A DNA stretch of 44,863 nt. Source: Gemmatimonadaceae bacterium (GTDB taxonomy: Bacteria > Gemmatimonadota > Gemmatimonadetes > Gemmatimonadales > Gemmatimonadaceae). A program made the position numbers and the translations under genes. The stretch spans positions 1 through 44,863 of the forward strand of contig JANOIJ010000203.1 in NCBI GenBank assembly GCA_031407575.1. Reading direction: 5' to 3'. Under the pieces are notes generated by a model that was not told the DNA's origin, did no database searches, and saw nothing but the letters and a program-made list of their open reading frames with translations. Each line of letters starts with the position of its first letter. Within the stretch, counting starts at the first letter, position 1. This document shows positions 1 to 8,528 of this stretch, in pieces.

Positions 1-7
1 ACAGCAC

Positions 8-128
8 GTGCAGATCCTTCGCTGCGCTCAGGATGACAACACCCGAATGCTTCGCTGCGCTCAGGATGACAAACCCGGCGATCGGCGTGACAGGCGTTGT
101 CATCCTGAGCGCAGCGAAGGATCTGCAC
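8..128. repeat. Family-A palindromic repeat element: units of TTGTCATCCTGAGCGCAGCGAAGGATCTGCAC in inverted orientation (arms 8-40 and 96-128, extra partial unit 51-74)
   Basis: Arm 8-40 (GTGCAGATCCTTCGCTGCGCTCAGGATGACAAC) is the exact reverse complement of arm 96-128. The same 32-nt unit recurs at six other loci in this window. It lies just downstream of the stop of the minus-strand ORF 144..668. Confidence 0.85.
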
Positions 129-143
129 CTCGCACTTCCAGGC

Positions 144-668
144 TCACTCCCCGAACTGCGGCTCATACTGTCCATCGAACTCCTCCTGAAGACGAAGTCG
201 TTCCAACGTGCGCGCACACGTGTTCCAGCGCAGTATCGCATCGTCATTGCCGGCTGCACGGACCTGCGCTGCCTGCTCGAACGACGCCATCGCCGCGCGC
301 AGTGACTGATGCGCCATGGCCTCCGCGTGCATCGCACCCGTGGCCAGCTGTGCGTGACCCAACCGTTCGTCGATGATGCCGGCGTAGTAGTGGCGCTGGT
401 ACGGATCCGTCAGGCGATCGAGCACCGCGCGCGCACGCAGCGCCAACTCGCGCGGCTCCGCGCCGAACTGGTCGGTGAGCGAGAGCAAGAGCATCACCAG
501 CACCTGCTGGTTGGTCGCGTCCACCTCGAGAATGTCGAGGCAGATGCTTTCCGTCGCCCATGACTGGTTGAGCAGCCGATACCGCTCGGCCTTCTGGAGC
601 GCGCGCGGAACGGCCGCCGCCGAGATGGTCTTCAATGCGATGACGCGGTCCATTGGTCCCTCCGTCAA
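144..668 (-). CDS. Hypothetical soluble alpha-helical protein (174 aa), last gene of the sdh operon
   Basis: ORF 144..668. Its start overlaps the sdhB stop by 4 nt (665-668). The predicted protein is non-hydrophobic and helix-rich with no motif I recognise. Confidence 0.5.
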   Translation of the reverse strand: MTEGPMDRVIALKTISAAAVPRALQKAERYRLLNQSWATESICLDILEVDATNQQVLVMLLLSLTDQFGAEPRELALRARAVLDRLTDPYQRHYYAGIIDERLGHAQLATGAMHAEAMAHQSLRAAMASFEQAAQVRAAGNDDAILRWNTCARTLERLRLQEEFDGQYEPQFGE

Positions 669-1489
669 CTCTTCTTCGCGCCGCGCACGAGACGCACGAG
701 CGCCTTGAGCGGATCGTAGTGCGCGTCGACCACGCGCTCCTTGAGCGGAATGATCGCGTTGTCAGTGATGGTGATGTGCTCGGGACACACCGTGGTGCAG
801 CACTTGGTGATGTTGCAGTACCCGATGCCGAAATCATCCTTGAGCGCCGTCGTGCGATCGGCGATGTCGAGCGGATGCATTTCCAGAGCGGCGGCATAAA
901 CGAGATAGCGCGGGCCGATGAACTCCTCGTGCTTGTGGTGGTCGCGCAAGACGTGGCAGACGTCCTGGCAGAGGAAGCACTCGATGCACTTCCGGAATTC
1001 CTGCACGCGGTCCACGTCGCGCTGGTCGATGCGCCACGTGCCATCCGCGTTGTCGGGAGGACGCGGCGTGAACTTCTGGATCTTCGGCTTGACGCGAAAA
1101 TTCCACGAGACGTCGGTGACCAGGTCGCGCACGTGCGGAAAGGCGCGCATGGGCTCGACGGTCACGGGCTCTTCGGCGGGGAGTTCATCGAGCCGCGTCA
1201 TGCACATCAGCTTCGGCTTGCCGTTGATCTCGGCCGAGCAGGACCCACACTTGCCCGCCTTGCAATTCCAGCGCACGGCGAGGTCGTTCGCCTGCTCGGC
1301 CTGGATCTGGTGAATGGCGTCGAGCACCACCATGCCGTCGTTGGTCTCGGTGGTGTAGTCGTGATACTTGCCGGTGCCGTCAGCACCGCGCCAGATCCGG
1401 AAGCTGCGCGCCTGGTGTCCGACGGCGGCATCCTGTGCAGCCTGTGCGGCGGTGTAGGCATCAACGGCGTGCGACTCTGGTGCGGTCAC
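665..1489 (-). CDS. sdhB: Succinate dehydrogenase/fumarate reductase iron-sulfur subunit
   Basis: 274 aa with three Cys clusters (CKAGKCGSCSAEING for 2Fe-2S; CIECFLCQDVC and CNITKCCTTVCP for 4Fe-4S and 3Fe-4S). Its start overlaps the sdhA stop (ATGA at 1486-1489). Confidence 0.9.
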   Translation of the reverse strand: MTAPESHAVDAYTAAQAAQDAAVGHQARSFRIWRGADGTGKYHDYTTETNDGMVVLDAIHQIQAEQANDLAVRWNCKAGKCGSCSAEINGKPKLMCMTRLDELPAEEPVTVEPMRAFPHVRDLVTDVSWNFRVKPKIQKFTPRPPDNADGTWRIDQRDVDRVQEFRKCIECFLCQDVCHVLRDHHKHEEFIGPRYLVYAAALEMHPLDIADRTTALKDDFGIGYCNITKCCTTVCPEHITITDNAIIPLKERVVDAHYDPLKALVRLVRGAKKS

Positions 1490-3303
1490 GATGCCATCTC
1501 CTTGATGATCGCTTCGAGCTCGGCCGGCATTGCAGGGATGGTCTCGCGCGACAGTTGCATCGCGCCGTCCTGTCCGCGCGAAATGATGTGATTGAACGTC
1601 CCGAATGCGGGATCCTTGTCCGGATAGTCGTCGCGAAAATGACCGCCGCGACTCTCGCGACGCTCCAGCGCCGAGCGTGCAATGGCTTCCGATACAATGA
1701 GGAGGTGGCGGAGATCGAGCGCCGTGTGCCAGCCAGGGTTGTACTCGCGATTACCCGGCACGCCGACGTTGGCCGCGCGTGTCTTGAGCACCTCGAGCTC
1801 AGCGAGCGCACGCTCCATCTCGGACTGCACGCGCACGATGCCGACGAGATTCTGCATCGTGGTCTGCAGCGACTCCTGCACCTGGAACGGGCCTTCGCCC
1901 GCGGCGCCACGCTCGAAGGGCGCGAGCGCCATGTGGGCGCTCTCGTCCACTTCGGCGTCGCTGACGGACGGTACTGACGTTCCACGCGCGAACGCGGCCG
2001 CGTGCTCGCCGGCGCGCTTGCCGAACACGAGCAGGTCCGACAGCGAATTGCCGCCGAGTCGGTTGGCACCGTGCAGGCCGGCCGCGCATTCGCCGCACGC
2101 GAAGAGGCCGGCGACGGTGGACATCTGCGTGTCGCCATCAACGCGGATACCGCCCATGATGTAGTGCGTCGTGGGCCCGATCTCCATCGGTTCCTTCGTG
2201 ATGTCGATGCCCGCGAGCTGCATGAACTGGTGATACATGCTGGGGAGCTTCTTCCTGATGTGCTCCGCGCCGTTGGGAATGCGCTCCTTGATCCACGAGA
2301 TGTCGAGGTACACGCCGCCGTGCGGGCTGCCGCGTCCGGCTTTTACCTCGCTCACGATCATGCGCGCGACGTGATCGCGCGTGAGCAGCTCGGGCGGGCG
2401 ACGCGCTTCCTTGTCGCCCTGTGTGTAACGCCAGCCCTCTTCCTCGTTGTCGGCCGTCTGCGGCTTGTAGTTGTCGGGGATGTTGTCGAACATGAATCGC
2501 TTGCCCTCGCGATTCCTGAGGACGCCCCCTTCCCCGCGCACGCCTTCCGTGACGAGGATGCCGCGAACACTGGGCGGCCAGATCATGCCGGTGGGATGGA
2601 ACTGCACGAACTCCATGTCCTGCAGCGCCGCGCCGGCGAGGTACGCGAGGGCATGTCCGTCGCCAGTGTATTCCCAGCTGTTGCTGCTGATGTTGTAGGC
2701 GCGACCAACGCCGCCGGTGGCGAGCACCACCGACTTGGCGCGGAAGATCTTGAACCGTCCGCGCTCGCGATCGTACGCGAACGCGCCGGCGATGCGGTCG
2801 CCGTCGCGCAGGAGCGTGACGACTGTGCACTCCATGTGCACGTCCATGCCCTGGTGAACGCCGTGATCCTGTAAAGTCCGGATCATCTCCAATCCGGTCC
2901 TGTCACCGACGTGCGCGAGACGCGGATACCGGTGCCCGCCGAAGTTGCGCTGAAGGATCCGCCCGTCGGGTGTGCGGTCGAAGAGCGCACCCCACGCCTC
3001 GAGCTCCCGCACGCGCGCGGGCGCTTCCTGCGCATGCAGCTGCGCCATGCGCCAGTTGTTCAGGTACTGCCCGCCGCGCATGGTGTCGGCGAAGTGGACG
3101 CGCCAACTGTCGCGGTCGTCCACGTTGGCCATCGCCGCCGCCACGCCGCCCTCGGCCATGACGGTGTGAGCCTTGCCGAGCAGCGATTTGCAGACGACGC
3201 CAACCTTCGCGCCGGTGCTTGCGGCTTCGATGGCCGCGCGCAGTCCGGCTCCGCCGGCACCAATGACGAGGACGTCGTGATCTATGATCTGGTATTCCGG
3301 CAT
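1486..3303 (-). CDS. sdhA: Succinate dehydrogenase/fumarate reductase flavoprotein subunit
   Basis: 605 aa with an N-terminal FAD-binding fold (DVLVIGAGGAGLRAAIEA) and the HPTG flavin-attachment region. It lies next to sdhB. Confidence 0.92.
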   Translation of the reverse strand: MPEYQIIDHDVLVIGAGGAGLRAAIEAASTGAKVGVVCKSLLGKAHTVMAEGGVAAAMANVDDRDSWRVHFADTMRGGQYLNNWRMAQLHAQEAPARVRELEAWGALFDRTPDGRILQRNFGGHRYPRLAHVGDRTGLEMIRTLQDHGVHQGMDVHMECTVVTLLRDGDRIAGAFAYDRERGRFKIFRAKSVVLATGGVGRAYNISSNSWEYTGDGHALAYLAGAALQDMEFVQFHPTGMIWPPSVRGILVTEGVRGEGGVLRNREGKRFMFDNIPDNYKPQTADNEEEGWRYTQGDKEARRPPELLTRDHVARMIVSEVKAGRGSPHGGVYLDISWIKERIPNGAEHIRKKLPSMYHQFMQLAGIDITKEPMEIGPTTHYIMGGIRVDGDTQMSTVAGLFACGECAAGLHGANRLGGNSLSDLLVFGKRAGEHAAAFARGTSVPSVSDAEVDESAHMALAPFERGAAGEGPFQVQESLQTTMQNLVGIVRVQSEMERALAELEVLKTRAANVGVPGNREYNPGWHTALDLRHLLIVSEAIARSALERRESRGGHFRDDYPDKDPAFGTFNHIISRGQDGAMQLSRETIPAMPAELEAIIKEMAS

Positions 3304-3336
3304 TCGTATTTGATTGGTCTTAGGCTGCGATTCTTC

Positions 3337-3513
3337 GGAACTACGGAACAGCGCGATTCACGATCCGTACGGATGCAACGGAAACAGCCGGGTATCGGTC
3401 AGCCACCCTCACCACTCACGGCCACGAAGACATCAAGAATTCTCTTTGTTCATGAACGCGTCGAGACACGCGCACGGAACGATCCGGCAGTTTCCGTTGC
3501 ATCCGTCAAGATC
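3337..3513. repeat. Family-B structured element, copy 1 (long inverted arms 3362-3391 and 3484-3513; leader GGAACTACGGAA at 3337-3348). It sits within the sdh operon between sdhC and sdhA.
   Basis: GATCCGTACGGATGCAACGGAAACAGCCGG pairs with CCGGCAGTTTCCGTTGCATCCGTCAAGATC. There is about 85% identity to a second copy at 35844-35977. Local GC is lower than in flanking sequence. Confidence 0.7.
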
Positions 3514-3552
3514 TGTCCAATTGCTTTTCACTCGCGCACTGGACAACGGTGA

Positions 3553-4344
3553 TCAGAAAAACCGGAAGTCCGACCAGATTCCCATCGAGCACAGCCGCAC
3601 GTAGATGTCTGAGAACGCCACCCAGAACAGGCTCGCCCACGCCCAGTTCATGTGGCCGCGATTGAGACAGCTCACGCAATCGTACGCCTTCTGGCGCACG
3701 GGACGTCCCGACAGGCGGTCGAGGTACCCGCCAACGAGATGACGCAGCGAATGACAGCCGAGCGTGTAGCCGCTCAGCAGGACGACGTTGATCACGAGAA
3801 TCAGCGACCCGATGCCGATGCCGATGTGCTTCACCCCGCTCGCGTCCGCGAACCAGAAGCCGCGATACGCATCGAGGCCGAGGATCACGAGGAAGGCCAG
3901 CGCCGCATACAGGAAATAGCGGTGCACGTTCTGGAGAATGAGCGGCAGGCTGCGCTCGCCGAGGTAGCTGTTGCGTGGCTCGCCGACGGCACAGCCCGGC
4001 GGATCTGCCCAGAACGCCTTGTAGTATGTGCCCCTATAGTAGTAGCACGTGAAGCGGAAGCCGGCGGGGAACGGAAGGATCAGCAGCGCCGGCGAAATGG
4101 GAGGCACGAACCAGGGCGCCGTGGCGAACCACGCATGCGGCGAGTTGCCGACGATGAGCGGCGAATAGAATGGCGAGAGATAGGGACCGAACTCATAGTG
4201 CGCGTTCTGGAACGCGGCCCAGGTGGCGTAGGCGAGAAACGAGCTGAGCACGACGAACGCGCCGACCTGGGGCACCCACCACGCATCGCGACGCATCGTT
4301 TCGCCGAATTTCCGGCGCGTGAGCTGAACGACCTGTTGAGCCAT
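3553..4344 (-). CDS. sdhC: Succinate dehydrogenase/fumarate reductase cytochrome b subunit (b558-type membrane anchor)
   Basis: 263 aa and very hydrophobic, with about 5 predicted TM helices and conserved His residues. It sits directly upstream of sdhA in the same orientation, as in type-B SdhCAB operons. Confidence 0.7.
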   Translation of the reverse strand: MAQQVVQLTRRKFGETMRRDAWWVPQVGAFVVLSSFLAYATWAAFQNAHYEFGPYLSPFYSPLIVGNSPHAWFATAPWFVPPISPALLILPFPAGFRFTCYYYRGTYYKAFWADPPGCAVGEPRNSYLGERSLPLILQNVHRYFLYAALAFLVILGLDAYRGFWFADASGVKHIGIGIGSLILVINVVLLSGYTLGCHSLRHLVGGYLDRLSGRPVRQKAYDCVSCLNRGHMNWAWASLFWVAFSDIYVRLCSMGIWSDFRFF

Positions 4345-4460
4345 CGAGCGCGCATCTCCATTGGTAGAGTGGCGCTAAGGTACGGGCGGTGAAATGTCGC
4401 GGGAAGAGGTTATGCCGTCCGCAGGGCCGCGTGCGCACGAGGATCACCCCGCCGCCCTCG

Positions 4461-4633
4461 TTGTCGTCCCGAGCCCTTCGACGAAGTTCACCCTGAGCGA
4501 CGCCGAAGGGCTCAGGGTAAACTTCGGCGAGGGACCTGCGGTGTCGCTCCGCGGCAAATGGAACAGCACAAGCAGGTCCCTCGGTCGCGAAGCCTGCCCT
4601 GAGCCAGTCGAAGGGCTCCTGTCGGGACGACAA
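4461..4633. repeat. Structured multi-hairpin element: an outer stem (4461-4482 with 4607-4633) enclosing two inner hairpins, one of which has a CCTGAGC...GCTCAGG core
   Basis: TTGTCGTCCCGAGCCCTTCGAC pairs with GTCGAAGGGCTC(CTGT)CGGGACGACAA. Inner hairpin 1 is GAAGTTcACCCTGAGC...GGCTCAGGGTaAACTTC. Inner hairpin 2 is GAGGGACCTGC...GCAGGTCCCTC, a perfect 11-bp stem. The element lies in the divergent region between the sdhC start (4344) and the kinase start (4680). Confidence 0.7.
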
Positions 4634-4679
4634 TCCGATTTGGCTCGACGGCGCATTCAAGCCGTATATTGCCTGTCCA

Positions 4680-6914
4680 ATGGCAGACCCGCTGGTGTCC
4701 CTCAACGCCGAACTCGAGGCGCGATTCGCCATAGAGCGAGAGCTCGGCCGCGGCGGCATGGCCACGGTCTATCTCGCCGAAGAGCGCAAGCACGGCCGGC
4801 AAGTCGCCATCAAGGTGCTGCACCGCGAGCTCGCCGCCTCGGTGGGCGCCGAGCGATTCCTGCGCGAGATTGGCATCGTCGCGCGGCTGGCGCATCCACA
4901 CATCGTGCCGCTCATCGACTCCGGTGTCGCCGGCGGACTGCTGTACTACGTGTCGGCGTTCGTGAGCGGCGGCTCGCTGCGCGACCGGCTCGAGCGCGAA
5001 GCCACGATCCCCGTCGCCGATGCGCTCCGCATCGCGCACGAGATCGGGTCGGCACTCGCCTACGCGCATCGGCAGGGCTTCGTGCACCGCGACGTGAAGC
5101 CCGAGAACATCCTCTTTGCCGACGGGCACGCCGTGCTCACCGATTTCGGCGTGGCTCGCGCGTGCACCGTCGTCGCAGCGGACGCGGTGACGGAGGCGGG
5201 CATGGCCGTGGGCACGCCTGCATACATGAGCCCCGAGCAGGCGGCCGGCGACACCGAGATCGGCACGGCGAGCGACATCTACAGCCTCGCGTGCGTGGTG
5301 TACGAGATGCTCGGCGGCAAACCGCCGCTCATGGGTAGCACGGCGCGCGACACGCTCATGAAGCAGGTGACGGAAACGCCGCGCTCCGTGCGCTCCACGC
5401 GCCCCGACGCGTCGCTGGCGATCGATGCCGCGCTCGTGCGCGCGCTCGCCAAGGCGCCAGCCGACCGCTTCGCCGGCATCTCCATTTTCACCGAGGCACT
5501 CCACGCGCCGGATCCAGAGCAGGCGACATCCCGGCACCCGACGCGCAGCATCGCCGTGCTTCCCTTCATCAACTCGAGCCCCGACGTCGAGAACGAGTAC
5601 CTGAGCGACGGCATCACCGACGAGCTGATCGACGCGCTCGCCAAGGTGGACGGCCTGCGCGTCGCGTCGCGCACGTCCGTCTTCGCGCTCAAGGGCAAGC
5701 CGCTGGACGTCCGCGCCATCGGCGCGTTGCTCGGCGTCTCGGACGTGCTGGAGGGCACCGTGCGCAAGTCGGGTGATCGCCTGCGCATCACGGCGCAGCT
5801 CACGTCCACCAAGGACGGCGCGCTGGTATGGTCGCAGCGATACGACCGCACGCTGCACGACGTCTTCACGATCCAGGACGAGATCTCACGCACCATCGTC
5901 AGCACGCTGCGCGCGACGTCGTTCTCGTCGCACCCGAGCGGCGTCGGGCGGCGTTCCACCGAGAGCGTAATTGCGTACGGTCTCTACCTGCGCGGGCGCT
6001 ATGCATGGAACAGCCGCACCCAGGAGGGCGTTTCCGAAGCGATCGAATACTTCAAGCAGGCGATCGCTGAAGATCCGACGTATGCGCTCGCGTACACAGG
6101 GCTGTCCGATGCGTACGCGCTGCACGTGGACTACCGCAGCGTCCCCGTGGCCGAGGGGTTCGAGCGCGCGAAGGCCTATGCACGCAAGGCGCTCGCGCTG
6201 GACGACACGGTCGCCGAAGCGCATGCGTCGCTGGCGTGGTGCCTGTTCGCCTACGATTGGGATTGGGATGGCGCGGCTCGCGAGTTCCAGCGCGCCATCG
6301 AGCTGGACCCGCGTTACGCCACGGCGTACCAGTGGTATGCGTTTCTCCTCGCGTCGGGCGGGCGGATCGATGAGGCACTCGTCACCGGACACACCGCGCA
6401 GGACCTCGATCCGGCCTCCGTGTCCGTGCGGCGCAGCCTCGGCTGGTTGTACGTGTACGCGAGACGATACGAGCAGGCGCGGTACCACCTCGCGCGCGCA
6501 ATGGAGATGAATCCCACCGCCGAGGAGAATTACAGGATTTTGGGTCTCACGCTCGCCCTCGAGGGACAGCTCGACGAGTCGGTGCGTGTGCTGCGCGAAG
6601 CGGTGACCATGCCAGGCTCCGGCAGCTACACGCTGGGGACGCTCGGATTCGCCCTGGCCAAGTCCGGCAAGACGCACGAGGCGGAGTCCATCCTCGCCGA
6701 GCTCGAGCTGCGCGGAGAACGCGAGTACGTGTCGCCTGTCGCACTTGCCACGGTCTGCATTGGACTGGGAATGCACGAACGCGCGCTCGACTGGGCCGAG
6801 CGCGCGTTCGATGACCGGCGAGGATGGCTGGCCTACCTCACCGTGAATCCGATGCTCGATCCGCTACGAGACCAACCACGCTTTCAGGCGCTGGTGCGTC
6901 GGGTGGGACGCTGA
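4680..6914 (+). CDS. Serine/threonine protein kinase with C-terminal TPR-like repeats
   Basis: 744 aa. The N-terminus carries Hanks kinase motifs (GRGGMATVY, VAIK, HRDVKPENIL, DFG, SPE). After the kinase domain there is a linker and then TPR-like helical repeats (e.g. AIELDPRYATAYQWYAF). Confidence 0.9.
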   Translation: MADPLVSLNAELEARFAIERELGRGGMATVYLAEERKHGRQVAIKVLHRELAASVGAERFLREIGIVARLAHPHIVPLIDSGVAGGLLYYVSAFVSGGSLRDRLEREATIPVADALRIAHEIGSALAYAHRQGFVHRDVKPENILFADGHAVLTDFGVARACTVVAADAVTEAGMAVGTPAYMSPEQAAGDTEIGTASDIYSLACVVYEMLGGKPPLMGSTARDTLMKQVTETPRSVRSTRPDASLAIDAALVRALAKAPADRFAGISIFTEALHAPDPEQATSRHPTRSIAVLPFINSSPDVENEYLSDGITDELIDALAKVDGLRVASRTSVFALKGKPLDVRAIGALLGVSDVLEGTVRKSGDRLRITAQLTSTKDGALVWSQRYDRTLHDVFTIQDEISRTIVSTLRATSFSSHPSGVGRRSTESVIAYGLYLRGRYAWNSRTQEGVSEAIEYFKQAIAEDPTYALAYTGLSDAYALHVDYRSVPVAEGFERAKAYARKALALDDTVAEAHASLAWCLFAYDWDWDGAAREFQRAIELDPRYATAYQWYAFLLASGGRIDEALVTGHTAQDLDPASVSVRRSLGWLYVYARRYEQARYHLARAMEMNPTAEENYRILGLTLALEGQLDESVRVLREAVTMPGSGSYTLGTLGFALAKSGKTHEAESILAELELRGEREYVSPVALATVCIGLGMHERALDWAERAFDDRRGWLAYLTVNPMLDPLRDQPRFQALVRRVGR

Positions 6915-8487
6915 CCCTCCTACCGAAGATGCCGGGCAACTGCACTCCACCGATCTCCTCGGCCACCTGCATGAGCGGCGGAAGTACCCGCACGAGATCC
7001 TCGACCAGCCCGCTCACTCCGTTGGATGCGCCGTTCGCGCCGCTGCCGCTCCACAGCACGACCTTGTCGAACTTGATGTTCGCGATTGCGCCCGCCAGCG
7101 TCTCGGTGATCTGTGGCATCTGCTCCAGGAAGAGCAGGCGATACGCCGCATCGGGATTGCCGCCCGCGGCCGCGACCATCTTCTGAAGACCCTCGGCCTT
7201 CTTCTCCATGATGGAGAGGTTGCCGCGCGCTTCCGCATCCATGCGCGCGAACGTCGCTTCCGCCTCGGCTCGCGCGCTGATGGTCACGCGCTCGGCGTCG
7301 GCTTCGGCCTGCACGATCATGCGTGCTTTCTCCGCCTTTGCAGGCGCCTCGAACTCCGCGCGTTGTTCGGCTTCCACGCGATCAGCGCGCGCCAGCGCCG
7401 CACGGGCCTGCGCCTCATTCTCCACGCGCTCGATCTCCGCCGTCGCCATGCGCTGCGCGACCTCCGACTGCTGCGACGCCTCCGCATGGGCCACGGCCAG
7501 AACGGCTTGCGTGCGAACGACCTTCGCCTGCGACTCGGCTTCGCCGGCGATGGCCGCCGCATCGGCGGCCGCCACGGCGATACGCTTCGCGCGCTCTGCT
7601 TCCTTGACGGCGATGTCGCGCTCGAACCCCGCCTGCTGCTCGCCCACCGCTTGTTCCTTCTTGATGGAGGCAATGCGCACCGCACGCTCGCGGCTCGCTT
7701 CCTCGAGTCCGATGTCCCGGTCCTTCTGCGCGGCCGCCACGCTGACGGACTGCTCACGCTCGGCGTTCGCGACGCGAATGGCGCCTTCCTTTTCCTGGTC
7801 CGCGACGTCGCCGCGTGCCTTCTGGATCGCCTGCGCCGCAGCCTGCTTGCCGAGCGCCTCGAGGTAGCCTGACTCGTCGCGCAGGTCCTGGATGTTCACG
7901 TTGAGCAGCGTAAGCCCGACCTTCATGAGCTCCGGCTCGAGCTGGTGCTGCACGCGTTGGAGGAACGCTTCGCGATCGCGGTTGATCTGGTCGATGCTCA
8001 TCGTCGCGATCACGGCGCGCAGCTGGCCGATGATGATGTCGCGCGCCGTGGCCTCGATGTGCTCGTGCGTGAGGTTCAGCAGGCGGATCGCGGCGTTCTG
8101 CCGTACGTGCTCCTCGGTGGCGATGGCCACCGTGAAGACGGAAGGCACGCTGATGCGGATGTTCTCCAACGAGAGCGCATCGGGGAGCTTCACGTCGATG
8201 CGGACCGGATCCAGCTCGAGGAACGCATACTCCTGGATGACCGGCCAGATGAATGCGCCACCCCCGGAGATACAGCGAGCCGCTCCGATGCCGCCTCCGA
8301 TGCGTCCAGAGATGACGAGAATCTTGTTCGCAGGGCAGCGGACGTACCGGCTCACGAAGAGGAACGCGAGCCCTAGCAGGAGAATGACGAACGCGATGCC
8401 GAGCAGAACGCTGCCGGGCAGGGATTGAAGCATGGCGAGGCCGGCCGGCGGGCTGTCGCCGGGAGTGGCTTGAAGGAGGAAATACAT
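6838..8487 (-). CDS. Flotillin-like SPFH/band-7 domain protein
   Basis: Start moved to the internal ATG (MYFLLQATPGD...), which precedes an N-terminal hydrophobic anchor. The SPFH core (CPANKILVISG...FIWPVIQEYAFLELDPVRIDV) is followed by a long EA-rich coiled coil typical of flotillins (YqiK/FloT-like). Confidence 0.85.
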   Translation of the reverse strand: MYFLLQATPGDSPPAGLAMLQSLPGSVLLGIAFVILLLGLAFLFVSRYVRCPANKILVISGRIGGGIGAARCISGGGAFIWPVIQEYAFLELDPVRIDVKLPDALSLENIRISVPSVFTVAIATEEHVRQNAAIRLLNLTHEHIEATARDIIIGQLRAVIATMSIDQINRDREAFLQRVQHQLEPELMKVGLTLLNVNIQDLRDESGYLEALGKQAAAQAIQKARGDVADQEKEGAIRVANAEREQSVSVAAAQKDRDIGLEEASRERAVRIASIKKEQAVGEQQAGFERDIAVKEAERAKRIAVAAADAAAIAGEAESQAKVVRTQAVLAVAHAEASQQSEVAQRMATAEIERVENEAQARAALARADRVEAEQRAEFEAPAKAEKARMIVQAEADAERVTISARAEAEATFARMDAEARGNLSIMEKKAEGLQKMVAAAGGNPDAAYRLLFLEQMPQITETLAGAIANIKFDKVVLWSGSGANGASNGVSGLVEDLVRVLPPLMQVAEEIGGVQLPGIFGRRVSVPPDAPAPESVVGLVADRASDSR

Positions 8488-8528
8488 GGCTGCTGCGCTG
8501 GGTGAGGGAACGCTGACGACCCAATGTG

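Noticed and set aside
8-128. Family-A repeats as fragments of a gene encoding VILSAAKDLH peptides
   Set aside because: The same sequence appears in both orientations and in different frames. It is always intergenic and forms perfect hairpins. It is a nucleotide-level repeat, not a protein.
653-1591. The long plus-strand ORF antisense to sdhB, and similar long antisense ORFs (4512-5858, 5886-6776, 7754-8524, 10505-11647, 12418-13602, 13751-15253, 15794-16798, 19055-19849, 19882-20817, 21625-23055, 32068-33747, 34382-35434, 36780-38522, 38564-39700)
   Set aside because: They are typical high-GC antisense open frames. They are Arg/Ala/Gly-rich with no motifs, and each lies opposite a gene with clear family signatures.
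4394-5338. A plus-strand ORF starting at 4394 and reading through the structured element into the kinase gene in another frame
   Set aside because: It is in a different frame from the kinase and is an artefact of the repeat plus high GC. The kinase has its own ATG at 4680 with full N-terminal kinase motifs.
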